A stretch of DNA of 37,066 bases from an uncultured Dehalococcoidia bacterium (GTDB taxonomy: Bacteria > Chloroflexota > Dehalococcoidia > Lucifugimonadales > CAZSCD01): assembly GCA_964605345.1 (NCBI GenBank), contig CAZSCD010000102.1, positions 1 to 37,066 of the forward strand, given 5' to 3'. Numbering within the stretch: position 1 is the stretch's first letter; each line of letters opens with the position of its first letter. Both the position numbers and the translations under genes were made by a program. Of this stretch, positions 8,224 to 18,129 are shown in pieces. Under the pieces are notes generated by a model, which did no database searches, was not told the DNA's origin, and was given only the letters and a program-made list of their open reading frames with translations.

Positions 8224-9321
8224 TTACATTAACTTCAGTACTGGAACTGATAATTCATCACAAATGTATTCAAACCAATTTATCACTTCTTTATGGAGAG
8301 GAATACCATTGGACGATCTATCTAACATAATTTCGTCTTCGGATAGACCAGGATATAAAACTCTATCGTGTTCAGTTGTGGGACTAGTTTCTCTGATTGC
8401 ACGAAGATAACGATCGATATTGTCCTTGTAAGTATCAATATCTGTGAAACATTCAATATTGTATGCAGCGAAGTAATGTCTGTGCCAGCCTTTATGGTCC
8501 TGAGATGTAAGTAAAGCAGGGACAACGCCTGGAAGTAAGGTGGTTAAGATTTCAACTATGAGTCCAAACCCATATCCTTTGTGAGACCCACGTTCTCGTG
8601 TTCCTCCAACTGGGAGATGATAATATTGCCCCGATTCTCTTGCTGAAGTTTCTTCTAATATGGGAGAACCATCTGTTTCTGCAATCCAGCCGGGTAACAG
8701 TGTAGCTCCCACTCTGTTGGCTAATCTGATTTTATTTGATGCAATATTAGTGGTTGCTGCGTCAAATAAAATCGGCGATTCGTTTCTCGTAGGTGCTGCT
8801 ATCGCTATGGGATTAGTTCCCATAATTGGTTCAGATCCAAATGTCGGTACCATAGTGAGCTCTGCTGACGTTGCACACATACCTATCATGTCCTCGTGAG
8901 CTGCAACCATTGCATGGTGACCTACGGCTCCAGAATGACCTGCTTTAAACATAGTGACGATACCAACTCCGACCTTCTTGGCCTTATCAATGGCTATCCT
9001 CATAGCTTTAGGACCTAATATAATTCCTAGGCCTCTATCAGCATTTATGGTGGCTGTTCCAGGAGACTCTCGCACTATGTGCCAGTTAGGTTTAGGATTA
9101 AGTTTTCCGTCATTGAAGTCTTTTAAGTATTTCCTCAGCATGTTAGAGACTCCGTGAGTCTCTACTCCGCGTAAATCACTCATTACCAAAGCATTTGCGC
9201 CTTCGATAGCATCTTCTGGAGTTACGCCCATCTTTTCGAAAATTGCTGTTACTGTGCGCCGCAACGAGTCTTCTGGGACTCTGATTGCATCTTCACTTGG
9301 CACCTTAAATCTATCAAGCAT
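8224..9321 (-). CDS. Ldh_2 family (malate/L-lactate/ureidoglycolate-type) NAD(P)H oxidoreductase
   Basis: 365 aa. N-terminal pattern ...SDLRGVETHGVSNMLRKYL... and GHSGAVGHH are typical of the Ldh_2 family. The start overlaps the stop of the upstream NHL gene (ATGCTTGA). Confidence 0.8.
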   Translation of the reverse strand: MLDRFKVPSEDAIRVPEDSLRRTVTAIFEKMGVTPEDAIEGANALVMSDLRGVETHGVSNMLRKYLKDFNDGKLNPKPNWHIVRESPGTATINADRGLGIILGPKAMRIAIDKAKKVGVGIVTMFKAGHSGAVGHHAMVAAHEDMIGMCATSAELTMVPTFGSEPIMGTNPIAIAAPTRNESPILFDAATTNIASNKIRLANRVGATLLPGWIAETDGSPILEETSARESGQYYHLPVGGTRERGSHKGYGFGLIVEILTTLLPGVVPALLTSQDHKGWHRHYFAAYNIECFTDIDTYKDNIDRYLRAIRETSPTTEHDRVLYPGLSEDEIMLDRSSNGIPLHKEVINWFEYICDELSVPVLKLM

Positions 9322-10351
9322 TTCTCACTTTCACTAATTTTTGCATTGACCGTAGCTCGCGTGGAGGGTTCATTTTACTGCCAAATTCACTCCATGAAAC
9401 CTCTGCAACATAAATATCTCCATGGGAATCTAAAGCAATCCCATGAGGTGAATAAAATCGACCTGCATGGTCTCCATAGCTTTCTCTACTTAAGCGTGAC
9501 AGAACTTGTCCCTTAAGGTTCATGATCGTAACACGCGGTCCTAGATCTGTTCCCATATCGTTACTGGCAATTCCACAAAAATACTCGCCTATATAAGCTA
9601 TATCCTCGCCAGTCCCTTGATCTATGCATATTGCAGCAGCTTTAGAAAGATTCACCCATTGGGTTTCAAATTTCCCAGTATCACTAAAGATCTGTATTCT
9701 GTGATTTTCGCGGTCAGCCACATACACCCAACCTTCACTGTCTATGGCTATATTGTGAACTATATTGAATTGTCCTTCGACGGTACCAGATTCACCCCAC
9801 GAGAACATGTAATCACCATCAGGTGTGTATTTATGAACTCTGGCGTTCGAATAGCCATCAGCGACATAGAACTCGCCGTTTCGCTTATCTACAGCCAAAT
9901 GTGTAGGCACACTAAATGGGTTGCCGCTCATCTGAGGTGTTGGTTGATTCGCAGTACCCAATGTCATGAGCAATTTACCTTCGGAAGTGAATTTCCGTAC
10001 TGTGCTATCTCCGTTATCTACGCAAAACACCGTGTCGTCTGGTCCAATGGTTACTCCATGAGGAGATGTGAATATACCTTCACCCCAAGTGCGAATAATA
10101 TTTCCGTGCCGATCAAATACTATCATTGGGCATGTTCCCCGGTTGAAAACATATACTTGATCTTTAGAATCTACATCTACTGCTGTAGCCTCCTTGTATA
10201 CCCAATCTTTGGGCAAATTGCCCCAACTATCCCCAGAGACTGCATAAACGAAATCACCTTCCCCTAAAATTTTAGCAGTTGCAGTGTTAGGGGTTGCTTC
10301 ATGAGTTTTTGCAGATAAGTCGTGTTCCCAATTTCCTTGATTTTCATCCAT
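9314..10351 (-). CDS. NHL-repeat six-bladed beta-propeller protein (peptidyl-hydroxyglycine lyase-like fold)
   Basis: 345 aa with repeated NHL-type blades (FYVADGYSNARVHKYT, VYVADRENHRIQIFS, IYVAEVS). Function unknown. Confidence 0.7.
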   Translation of the reverse strand: MDENQGNWEHDLSAKTHEATPNTATAKILGEGDFVYAVSGDSWGNLPKDWVYKEATAVDVDSKDQVYVFNRGTCPMIVFDRHGNIIRTWGEGIFTSPHGVTIGPDDTVFCVDNGDSTVRKFTSEGKLLMTLGTANQPTPQMSGNPFSVPTHLAVDKRNGEFYVADGYSNARVHKYTPDGDYMFSWGESGTVEGQFNIVHNIAIDSEGWVYVADRENHRIQIFSDTGKFETQWVNLSKAAAICIDQGTGEDIAYIGEYFCGIASNDMGTDLGPRVTIMNLKGQVLSRLSRESYGDHAGRFYSPHGIALDSHGDIYVAEVSWSEFGSKMNPPRELRSMQKLVKVRNA

Positions 10352-10586
10352 CTAAAATCTCCTAAAAAAATCATTTCTTGTAAGCTGGCAATAAAATATT
10401 TACTCAGGACTCGGATTTTCTATTTTGAAGTCTTTATTTACGCATTCAATATTTTGTAAAATTGTCCATGTGGGAAATATATTAACAAAGTAAAGCTGAC
10501 TTGTCTGGAAGATTTTGGGTGTTTTGAATTATGTTGTTTATTAGATTTCCCGCTTTGAACTATGCCTAAGTTAAGGAGAAGGTAAA

Positions 10587-11651
10587 TTGGAATTATTGGA
10601 ATATATGAAGAATGGTGGATATGAACAAGTCGTAACCTGTTTTGAGCCATCGACAAATTTGAGGGCATTTATAGTAATTCATGATACTACGTTAGGGCCT
10701 GCATGTGGAGGAGTTAGGGTTTGGCCTCATGCAACAGAGGAAATTGGCCTTATGGATGTACTACGACTGGCCAAAGCTATGACATATAAATCTGCTGTGG
10801 CAGGACTGCCGCTTGGTGGAGGGAAGGCCCTCATACTTGCTGATCCTAATGAAGAAAAAGACGAACAACTTCTCCGAGCTTTCGGACAGTATGTTGACAC
10901 GTTGGGAGGTAGATATTTAGCTACTGAAGACGTCGGTATGACTCCACTGGATTTAGAGTATATTGCTAAAGAGACGGATTATGTTGTTGGGTTACCAGAG
11001 TCACTTGGAGGCAGTGGTGATACATCTCCATTGACGGGACTGGGTGTGTACTTAGGCATGAAGGCGTGTGCAAAATCTGTATGGAATTCAGACAATCTAG
11101 AAGGTCGAACAGTTGCTATGCAAGGATTTGGCAAGGTTGGAAAATTCACAGCTGAACATCTGATTGCAGAAGGTGTTAATTTAGTTGTTACTGATATAAA
11201 CGAAAATGTGCTTGCTGAGGCACGCAGTATGGGTGCAAAAACCACGACACTCGAAGAAATTTATGATGTTAAATGCGACATTTTCTCTCCTTGTGCGCTT
11301 GGAGGTGTTCTTAATAGCGATACCATTCCCAGGTTGAATTGTGCAATCGTTGCTGGTGGAGCAAATAACCAACTACTTGCAGGTAAAAATGGAGAAGAGC
11401 TTTCTAAAGCTGGAATTTTATATGCACCTGACTACGTAATAAATGCTGGCGGAATAATAAATGCATCCTGCGAACTCGACGGTGTATATCGCAAAGAACA
11501 GGCCGAACACATGGCACAAGGCATATATGATACTACCAGTAACGTAATAAATATCTCTAAGAAAGATCAGATACCTACACATGTTGCTGCAGATAAATTG
11601 GCTGAGAGTCGTTTAAATAAAATGCGTGCTATGAAGAAGCTATATCGTTAG
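10587..11651 (+). CDS. Leucine (branched-chain amino acid) dehydrogenase, Glu/Leu/Phe/Val dehydrogenase family
   Basis: TTG start preceded by the AAGGAGAAGG ribosome-binding site. The N-terminus MELLEYMKNGGYEQVV...IHDTTLGPACGGVRVW...GLPLGGGKALI closely follows my recollection of Bacillus LeuDH. GFGKVG Rossmann motif. Confidence 0.85.
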   Translation: MELLEYMKNGGYEQVVTCFEPSTNLRAFIVIHDTTLGPACGGVRVWPHATEEIGLMDVLRLAKAMTYKSAVAGLPLGGGKALILADPNEEKDEQLLRAFGQYVDTLGGRYLATEDVGMTPLDLEYIAKETDYVVGLPESLGGSGDTSPLTGLGVYLGMKACAKSVWNSDNLEGRTVAMQGFGKVGKFTAEHLIAEGVNLVVTDINENVLAEARSMGAKTTTLEEIYDVKCDIFSPCALGGVLNSDTIPRLNCAIVAGGANNQLLAGKNGEELSKAGILYAPDYVINAGGIINASCELDGVYRKEQAEHMAQGIYDTTSNVINISKKDQIPTHVAADKLAESRLNKMRAMKKLYR

Positions 11652-11699
11652 ATTTGTTAATATAGGATTGATCTAGGTAATGAATTAAAGGACTTAGTT

Positions 11700-13313
11700 A
11701 TGTCAAAGAAATCATTTAACCCAATCAATATTGGTGTAGATAAACAACTATTCATAGATGATCAAATTATTGAATCTATGAGTTTGGGTGTCCATAAGAT
11801 TTCAAACCAACCAGTTAAACATCCAGATAACCCTGTGATTCGTCTTGGCAGCGAATGGGAACAAAAAGGCGTACTATCACACGGCGGAGATGCTGGGTCA
11901 ATTTTCTTTGATGATGAAAGAGGAATTTTTAGGTTTTATGGCTGGATGGCTAATTGGGATGCTACGGACAGATTCCTGTTCTATGCAGAATCGAAAGATG
12001 GAATAAGGTGGAATAAACCACGTCTAGGACAAGTAGATTATCTTGGATACGACACAAATTTTATTAAAATACCTACTCACAAAAACGACAAAGGGGAATT
12101 GGAAGGTGGCAACAGTAGTGTTTTTAAAGATCCTGTTTCAAATCAACAGGAAAGATATAAAATGATCTTTATGGATAAACGCGGTGGAGGCATTGATTGG
12201 CACCTACCAAATAGGCACTTACATCCAGAAAATAAAGAAAATTGGGATGGGCAAAGGCAAGGCAGGGCGATATATCCAGCTTTTTCGAGTGATGGTATTA
12301 ATTTCACTCGCTACGAAGTAGAAAAACCCAGTGTTCCATTTGATAGTGATACTAATAACAATGTAATTTGGGATGCCAAACGACAGCGATATCTTTTGTA
12401 CCATAGAGTCTGGCCTAATTTAGATAAGCGAACAAACCAATCATCTACCCAGCCTTCAGGGCATCACATAAGGACGGCAGCATGGGCATCGAGCAAGGAT
12501 TTTATTCACTGGGATGGTCCCCAAAATAAATTCTATCCAGAGGATCAATATATATGTTTTTTACCAGATGAATTTGACCGATTAGGCAGTCGTGATTTCT
12601 ATACTTTTGAAGTTCTTCCATATGAAGACGGGTTCGTAGGTTTTACATCTGTTTTTCATACATACTTCAACGAAATTCCTGCAGGAATGGATAGTGGTAA
12701 CGCACAATCTCCTTGGCTGGACAAGGTGGATGTTCAGTTACTTTGGAGTCGGGACGGTGAAAAGTTCGATAGAATAGGAGAAAGAAGAGTTTTCATTCCC
12801 AACGGAACTGAAGGGAGTTGGGACGAAGATCTGATTTATACTGTACAGGCACCAATAGTAAGGAAGGACTTAGGGGAAATTTGGATATATTATGAAGGTG
12901 TATCGGGACACCACTACTTTGGACATCGAGGAGAACATCAAAGAGGCCAAGTTGGATTAGCTATCTTAAGGCTGGATGGATTCATAAGTATTACTGGAAG
13001 TGGCACATTAATTACCAAGCCACTGATTTTCCAAGGCAACCAATTATCAATTAATGCTACGGGTGTTGATAAATACGCTGGTGAATTTTATGGTTCGGTT
13101 GAGGTAGAAATAATAGATGCCCAAACACAGCACCCAATACCTGGATTCACCAGAGATAATTGCGATATTTTTGGCGGAGATGAAATTTCACATACTGTAA
13201 GCTGGAACGGAAGTGCGAATGTAGGTAACCTTCAAGGGACTTCGGTAATGCTTCGGTTTTACCTCAAACGAGCAAAGCTATTCTCATTTCAGTTTACCGA
13301 TGTGAATAGCTAG
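11700..13313 (+). CDS. Uncharacterised protein, probably a beta-propeller glycoside-hydrolase-like fold
   Basis: 537-aa ORF. The N-terminal pattern DKQLFIDDQIIES...NQPVKHPDNPVI and W/D-rich repeats resemble GH32/43-clan-like hypothetical proteins. There is no catalytic motif I can name, so the product call is weak. Coding status is strong. Confidence 0.45.
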   Translation: MSKKSFNPINIGVDKQLFIDDQIIESMSLGVHKISNQPVKHPDNPVIRLGSEWEQKGVLSHGGDAGSIFFDDERGIFRFYGWMANWDATDRFLFYAESKDGIRWNKPRLGQVDYLGYDTNFIKIPTHKNDKGELEGGNSSVFKDPVSNQQERYKMIFMDKRGGGIDWHLPNRHLHPENKENWDGQRQGRAIYPAFSSDGINFTRYEVEKPSVPFDSDTNNNVIWDAKRQRYLLYHRVWPNLDKRTNQSSTQPSGHHIRTAAWASSKDFIHWDGPQNKFYPEDQYICFLPDEFDRLGSRDFYTFEVLPYEDGFVGFTSVFHTYFNEIPAGMDSGNAQSPWLDKVDVQLLWSRDGEKFDRIGERRVFIPNGTEGSWDEDLIYTVQAPIVRKDLGEIWIYYEGVSGHHYFGHRGEHQRGQVGLAILRLDGFISITGSGTLITKPLIFQGNQLSINATGVDKYAGEFYGSVEVEIIDAQTQHPIPGFTRDNCDIFGGDEISHTVSWNGSANVGNLQGTSVMLRFYLKRAKLFSFQFTDVNS

Positions 13314-13384
13314 TTCATTAATTGTCTATTGTCAGTCAGTGTGTTAGGAAATTTGATTGGCGAAATCGAGTAAATTCGAATTGT

Positions 13385-14362
13385 TTATTCCATTCGTCTA
13401 ATGCTGTCTAATCCACTGCGTGATGTCAAAGTTTTTGCTTGTTGCTCAACTTGTCCCTGGATGTCAAATTCTATCATTTCGCTCCATGCTGCTACGAGTT
13501 GTTTTGTCACTGGTCCGGGTATATTTTCGGTTATCTCTCGGTTGTCTGCTTTACCAACAGGTAGGAGGCAATGAGGAGTGCTAGTCAAAAAGGCTTCATC
13601 TGCAGTATATACATCATAAGGTTGTATATCTTCTACACTCGTTGGTATCCCTAATTGTTTTGCTAAGTTTAGTATGTTCATGCGGGATACCCCTGCAAGA
13701 GAACTTTTATCAGTCGGAGTTTTCAGGATTCCATTTGTCACAATGAAGAAATTAGATCCTGTTGATTCACTGATGTTGCCATCCATGTCTGTGAGCAGTG
13801 CATATGCTTCTGGATCAACGTCGTGTGCTTCATGTACAGCCATATTCATGTTAAAGCGACTGTAGTGTTTTAGTTTTGAATCCAACATATGAGGTGAGTA
13901 GCTTCTGGTTTTAGGAATAACTACATGGGCTCCACGATTCCATGCATCAGCATAAAGTATCCAATTCATAGGGTCGGGCCAAATAATTACTGTGGGGCCT
14001 GCAGGAGTTTCTTTCCCATCTGAGGAGAGACGATTTTCCCCTTCGCCTCCCGTAACTATCTGAGATATCATGTAGTCGTCTCCAGGTTCTCTTATCGCAT
14101 CGTTACGCTTGGCAAGTTCTAAAGTAGCCTCTTTCATTTCATCCATAGTGATGTGTGGATTCAGCCTTACGTATTTCATGGATTTCCAAAATCGATTTAA
14201 ATGAATATCCAGCTGGTATACTTTTCCATCAAAAGTTCTCTCAGTGTCATAAATGACATATCCAGCTCTAAATCCGACGTCATTTAGCCCGAATTGTGCT
14301 TCACTACGTCGAACAAAATCACCATTGATATATACAAGAAAGTCATCGTATTCCATATACAA
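13385..14362 (-). CDS. Class IV (branched-chain/D-amino acid) aminotransferase
   Basis: 325 aa. HLNRF motif, a Lys region (DSKLKHYSRFN) and SNFFIVTNGILKTPT...LAGVSRMNILNLA, typical of PLP fold type IV. Confidence 0.8.
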   Translation of the reverse strand: MYMEYDDFLVYINGDFVRRSEAQFGLNDVGFRAGYVIYDTERTFDGKVYQLDIHLNRFWKSMKYVRLNPHITMDEMKEATLELAKRNDAIREPGDDYMISQIVTGGEGENRLSSDGKETPAGPTVIIWPDPMNWILYADAWNRGAHVVIPKTRSYSPHMLDSKLKHYSRFNMNMAVHEAHDVDPEAYALLTDMDGNISESTGSNFFIVTNGILKTPTDKSSLAGVSRMNILNLAKQLGIPTSVEDIQPYDVYTADEAFLTSTPHCLLPVGKADNREITENIPGPVTKQLVAAWSEMIEFDIQGQVEQQAKTLTSRSGLDSIRRME

Positions 14363-14424
14363 TACCTCAAAACGGTGCTAGCTAAACCAAAACTATTTTA
14401 ATGCGTAATGTTTTGTAATAAAGT

Positions 14425-14499
14425 TGGTCGGGGTGACTGGGATCGACCCAGCGACCTCCTGTTCCCAACACAGGCGCGCTACCGCTGCGCCACACCCCG
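14425..14499 (-). tRNA. tRNA-Pro (anticodon UGG), CCA encoded
   Basis: The reverse complement reads CGGGGTG-TG-GCGCAGCGGTAGCGC-G-CCTGT-GTTGGGA-ACAGG-AGGTC-GCTGGGTCGATCCCAGT-CACCCCG-A-CCA. Clean cloverleaf with G37 after the UGG anticodon. Confidence 0.9.
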
Positions 14500-14538
14500 A
14501 GCATGTTATTGTAATTGAAAAACATACATTATTGCTAA

Positions 14539-14904
14539 TTATTTCAATATGATATCGTTTTCATCAGTTAGCATAATATATGGCTCTCCCCACTGATTGG
14601 GGCTATGAATGTCCCAATCTTCTTCAACATCGCAAGGTTTCACGCGAATTCCCCAATCTCCTCCATATACCAGATGTACTACCGATTGCCCTGAATCAGA
14701 GACTGGAACGTACATGGCTTCACAGGGGCTACCATTATCCTTGCTACTCCAACCAGTTACATGATAGACGCCCTGAGGTTTATCAATTTCCTCTAAATTG
14801 AGTTTATTAATCGTAACTGGTGAACTGTGTGCTTCATATACTAGTAATGGCATATACTCACAATTTTGATTCTCTTCGATTTCAAGATAAATGGACTCTT
14901 TCAA
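14539..14904 (-). CDS. Hypothetical acidic protein
   Basis: 121-aa ORF with no recognisable motif. The only long ORF in this interval. Confidence 0.5.
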   Translation of the reverse strand: MKESIYLEIEENQNCEYMPLLVYEAHSSPVTINKLNLEEIDKPQGVYHVTGWSSKDNGSPCEAMYVPVSDSGQSVVHLVYGGDWGIRVKPCDVEEDWDIHSPNQWGEPYIMLTDENDIILK

Positions 14905-15021
14905 CCCCCAGCCTCCTTAGTTAGTTGCGTAACCCATTTTACTATATATACGAGACATCAAATAACAAAAATTGCATTTCTATATGAAATAATGGGATAT
15001 GTATTTGCAATTATAACTACT

Positions 15022-15795
15022 TTAGATCCCCATTATATTGTATCCGGTGTCTACGTGGATAATTTCGCCTGTAACTCCAGTTGACAGGTCGCTACATAGG
15101 TATAATGCAGTTTTCGCCACTTCTTCATGTGTGATGTTGCGTTTCATTGGAGAACGCTCAGCATGCACGCGTTTCATGTCTCTATATTTACTGATAACTC
15201 GAGACGAAAGTGTGTCAAGAGGGCCGGCAGAAATAGCGTTAACTCTTATATTATCTGATCCCAGATCTGAGGCCAATTGTTTCATTTCGTTTTCTAGTGC
15301 TGCTTTCGCTGTTCCCATAATATTATATCCTGGGAACACTCGTTCAGAAGCTTGGAAAGTCATGGTTATAATGCTGCCCCCATTTTTCATTAAAGGCGCA
15401 CCAAACTTTGCTAATGAAATTAAGGAATAGGCACTAATGTCTAAGGCAAGTCTAAATCCTTCTCGATCTGTTTTAATAAAATCACCGCCCAGATCGTCTT
15501 TATTTGCAAAAGCGATACTGTGCACAATTATATCCAAGTGTCCCAAGCTATCTGCCAATTTACCAAAACTAGTTTCTAGGTTGTCATCGGAACTGACATC
15601 ACATTCAATAAGAAGAGTGTCTTCCCATGAAGACACTAGTTTTTCGACACTTCCTCGCAGTCGTTCATTTTGATAGGCTATAGCAATCGTTGCTCCAGCT
15701 TGATGGAGTATTTGAGCAATAGGCCAAGCGATACTTCTTTGATTAGCTATGCCAAAAACAACAGCAGTTTTTCCTGTTAGATCTATTGGATACAT
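15022..15795 (-). CDS. fabI: Enoyl-[acyl-carrier-protein] reductase (NADH), FabI type
   Basis: 257 aa, colinear with my recollection of E. coli FabI: GKTAVVFGIANQRSIAW, VHSIAFA, YNIMGTAKAALE, RVNAISAGP, LCSDLSTGVTGEIIHVD. Confidence 0.9.
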   Translation of the reverse strand: MYPIDLTGKTAVVFGIANQRSIAWPIAQILHQAGATIAIAYQNERLRGSVEKLVSSWEDTLLIECDVSSDDNLETSFGKLADSLGHLDIIVHSIAFANKDDLGGDFIKTDREGFRLALDISAYSLISLAKFGAPLMKNGGSIITMTFQASERVFPGYNIMGTAKAALENEMKQLASDLGSDNIRVNAISAGPLDTLSSRVISKYRDMKRVHAERSPMKRNITHEEVAKTALYLCSDLSTGVTGEIIHVDTGYNIMGI

Positions 15796-15847
15796 TAATT
15801 AAATACACCAGCCCACAAAATCCAGATGGGAATATCAAATAAGACAA

Positions 15848-16738
15848 TTAAGTTACAGAAACCTTACTCAACCCGAGAGAATCAACTCTACTCATGAGGG
15901 CTTTGTTTTGTTCTGAACTAAGTGGAAGAGTTGGTAGGCGAGGCGCCCCACAATCAACTCCCAGCCTCACAGATAGCACGGCCTTGAGGGCCTGATGATA
16001 GCCAAAATCTATCAAATCAACAACTTCAAGGGTTCCTTTCTCGGCCTTCTTTGCCTTGTCCATGTCACCAGATTTGTATGCGTTCCAAGCATCAATCCAA
16101 CGTTCTGGAGCCATCGAAAGTGGTCCATCTACACATCCAGCAGCTCCAGTGGCAATAGCTGGTAACATAAGATGGCCGAATCCATTTAATACGATAAGTC
16201 CCATATCTGCAAATGCACGAATGTTCGAGAAGTTGAGGGCAGAATGTTTTAGGCCTGCCAATCGAGGTACATTATCTTGGATTTTATGTGCAAGATCAGG
16301 AGTAATTTCTATTCCTGTGGAATCAGGTAAGTTATATATAAAAAATGGTAAATCTGAAACAGATGCAACCGCTTTATAGAATTCAACGACTCCATCGTCA
16401 TCTTGTCCATAGAAAAACGGAGGCACACAACATAATGCTTGTACTCCTTGTTTAGCTGCGTGTTCGGCCAATTTTGTGGCTCTAGCAGTAGTTGCAGCTC
16501 CAATGTGCATAATAATATTAGCACGACCTCTAGACTGTTCAGACGCGATCTCTGCAATACGCATGTTCTCGTCATCGTCTAAAAGGATACTTTCTCCAGC
16601 ACCACCGGCGACCCACAGCCCATTCACACCTGCCTGAATATTAAATTCAACTATTGCCCTAAGTGCGGTTTCATTTACTCCACCTTCTGGAGTAAATGGA
16701 GTGGGAATTGCAGGAATAACCCCTTCAATATTTGCCAT
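15848..16738 (-). CDS. Dihydrodipicolinate synthase/N-acetylneuraminate lyase family (class I aldolase)
   Basis: 296 aa. GVNGLWVAGGAGE, FFIYNLP and the GLKHS Schiff-base Lys region. Substrate not assignable. Confidence 0.8.
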   Translation of the reverse strand: MANIEGVIPAIPTPFTPEGGVNETALRAIVEFNIQAGVNGLWVAGGAGESILLDDDENMRIAEIASEQSRGRANIIMHIGAATTARATKLAEHAAKQGVQALCCVPPFFYGQDDDGVVEFYKAVASVSDLPFFIYNLPDSTGIEITPDLAHKIQDNVPRLAGLKHSALNFSNIRAFADMGLIVLNGFGHLMLPAIATGAAGCVDGPLSMAPERWIDAWNAYKSGDMDKAKKAEKGTLEVVDLIDFGYHQALKAVLSVRLGVDCGAPRLPTLPLSSEQNKALMSRVDSLGLSKVSVT

Positions 16739-16764
16739 GTTGCAAGTCTCCTAATTATTTACAA

Positions 16765-18078
16765 TCATGAGTTGTACAGATGACAGACAACTTTGTGGCC
16801 TGGACTTGGCTCGGTAAGTTGCGGTTCGTTATCTGCACATGGCTCAAATACAGATGGGCAACGAGGATGGAAATGGCAACCTGAAGGAGGGTTTACTGGC
16901 GATGGGACTTCGCCCTCTAGTATCAGTTCGTCTCTTTCAATATCTGGATGAGAAGGTAAAGCTGCTGCCATAAGTGCCTGAGTGTATGGATGTAGAGGGT
17001 TTTCAAAAAGCTCCTCAGTTGCAGCTTCTTCAACTATTCTACCCAAATACATCACTCCAACCTTGTCACATAAATATCTGACAGTGGCTAAGTGGTGTGC
17101 TATGAGCAAGAAACTAAGATTATGTTCTTTTTGTAAATCTTGTAGCAAGTTCATAATCTGAGCACGTATTGAAACGTCAAGAGCAGAAACAGGTTCATCA
17201 AGAACGACAAGTTTAGGGTTAAGGGCCAACGCCCTCGCAACTCCAACTCTTTGTCGTTGTCCTCCACTGAATTCATGCGGGAAAAGATTTGCTTGGTATT
17301 GGAATAGTCCTACTTCTTCAAGAAGTTCTCCTACTCTAGTATTAATCTGTCTATTGCTTAAATTACTGTTTACTTCCAATGGTTCGGCGATAATTGATCC
17401 AACACGCATTCTCGGATTAAGAGAGGCCCAGGGATCTTGGAAAACAGCTTGTACGGAACTCTTGTATTCACTTAAGTTAGCTTTGTTTAGGTAGTATACG
17501 TCTTGTTGATTATATAAAACCTGGCCTGAGGTTGGTTCTTCTAACATCAGTATCATTTTGGCTGTGGTGGTTTTACCGCAACCCGACTCACCTACCAACC
17601 CATATGTTTGGCCCTCTTCAATTTCAAGATCTATACCATCTACGGCTTTAAGGGCTACGTTGCTGCTTGAAAATGTACTCTTGCCAACAATGAAATGTTT
17701 CTTAAGGTTTTTTAAAGCAATAAGGCCATTGTGTTTACCGTTGCCACGGTGCTTCATAACATATTTATTTATTGAGGCTTGCATGAAGTAAATACACGCC
17801 AAATTTAGTATCGGTATATGAAGTAACAAGACGGTTATTATAGAGGGAACCATAGTGGATCCAGCACTAGTTTGCTTGACGACACTAAAAAATGCTTCAC
17901 TGTGTTTATAAGCGAAGTAAAGATGCAAACCAGGTAGGATACCCCATTCAACTTTTGGTATTTGTCCTCCAAGTTCATTAAGCTCTGTTTTTGTTAAATA
18001 CCACCAATAAACTTGGTATGCAGCGAGCGTAAATAAAACCGTGGTGACTAATTGTAAAGGATTTCTTAATTTAATCAT
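16765..18078 (-). CDS. Oligopeptide/dipeptide-type ABC ATP-binding protein (OppF/DppF-like) with in-frame N-terminal membrane domain of about 107 aa
   Basis: Walker A GESGCGKTT, signature FSGGQRQR, Walker B LVVLDEP, and the C-terminal oligopeptide-ABC Cys/His region (GCHFHPRCP). The N-terminal 107 aa are hydrophobic, with a YQVYWWY motif resembling DUF4234-like small membrane proteins. Confidence 0.8.
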   Translation of the reverse strand: MIKLRNPLQLVTTVLFTLAAYQVYWWYLTKTELNELGGQIPKVEWGILPGLHLYFAYKHSEAFFSVVKQTSAGSTMVPSIITVLLLHIPILNLACIYFMQASINKYVMKHRGNGKHNGLIALKNLKKHFIVGKSTFSSSNVALKAVDGIDLEIEEGQTYGLVGESGCGKTTTAKMILMLEEPTSGQVLYNQQDVYYLNKANLSEYKSSVQAVFQDPWASLNPRMRVGSIIAEPLEVNSNLSNRQINTRVGELLEEVGLFQYQANLFPHEFSGGQRQRVGVARALALNPKLVVLDEPVSALDVSIRAQIMNLLQDLQKEHNLSFLLIAHHLATVRYLCDKVGVMYLGRIVEEAATEELFENPLHPYTQALMAAALPSHPDIERDELILEGEVPSPVNPPSGCHFHPRCPSVFEPCADNEPQLTEPSPGHKVVCHLYNS

Positions 18079-18129
18079 AAGTCATTCACCCCAGATGGTC
18101 TCGTGGATTTACATAAGTAAAAAAAATAG

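Noticed and set aside
9617-10267. Long antisense ORF (216 aa) opposite the NHL-propeller gene. Similar antisense ORFs occur at 2259-2774, 6369-6755, 15038-15430, 18791-19192, 22433-22858 and 32872-33276.
   Set aside because: Their translations are low-complexity or compositionally odd and have no motifs. Each lies entirely within a well-supported gene on the other strand. Such shadow ORFs arise from the codon bias of the real gene.
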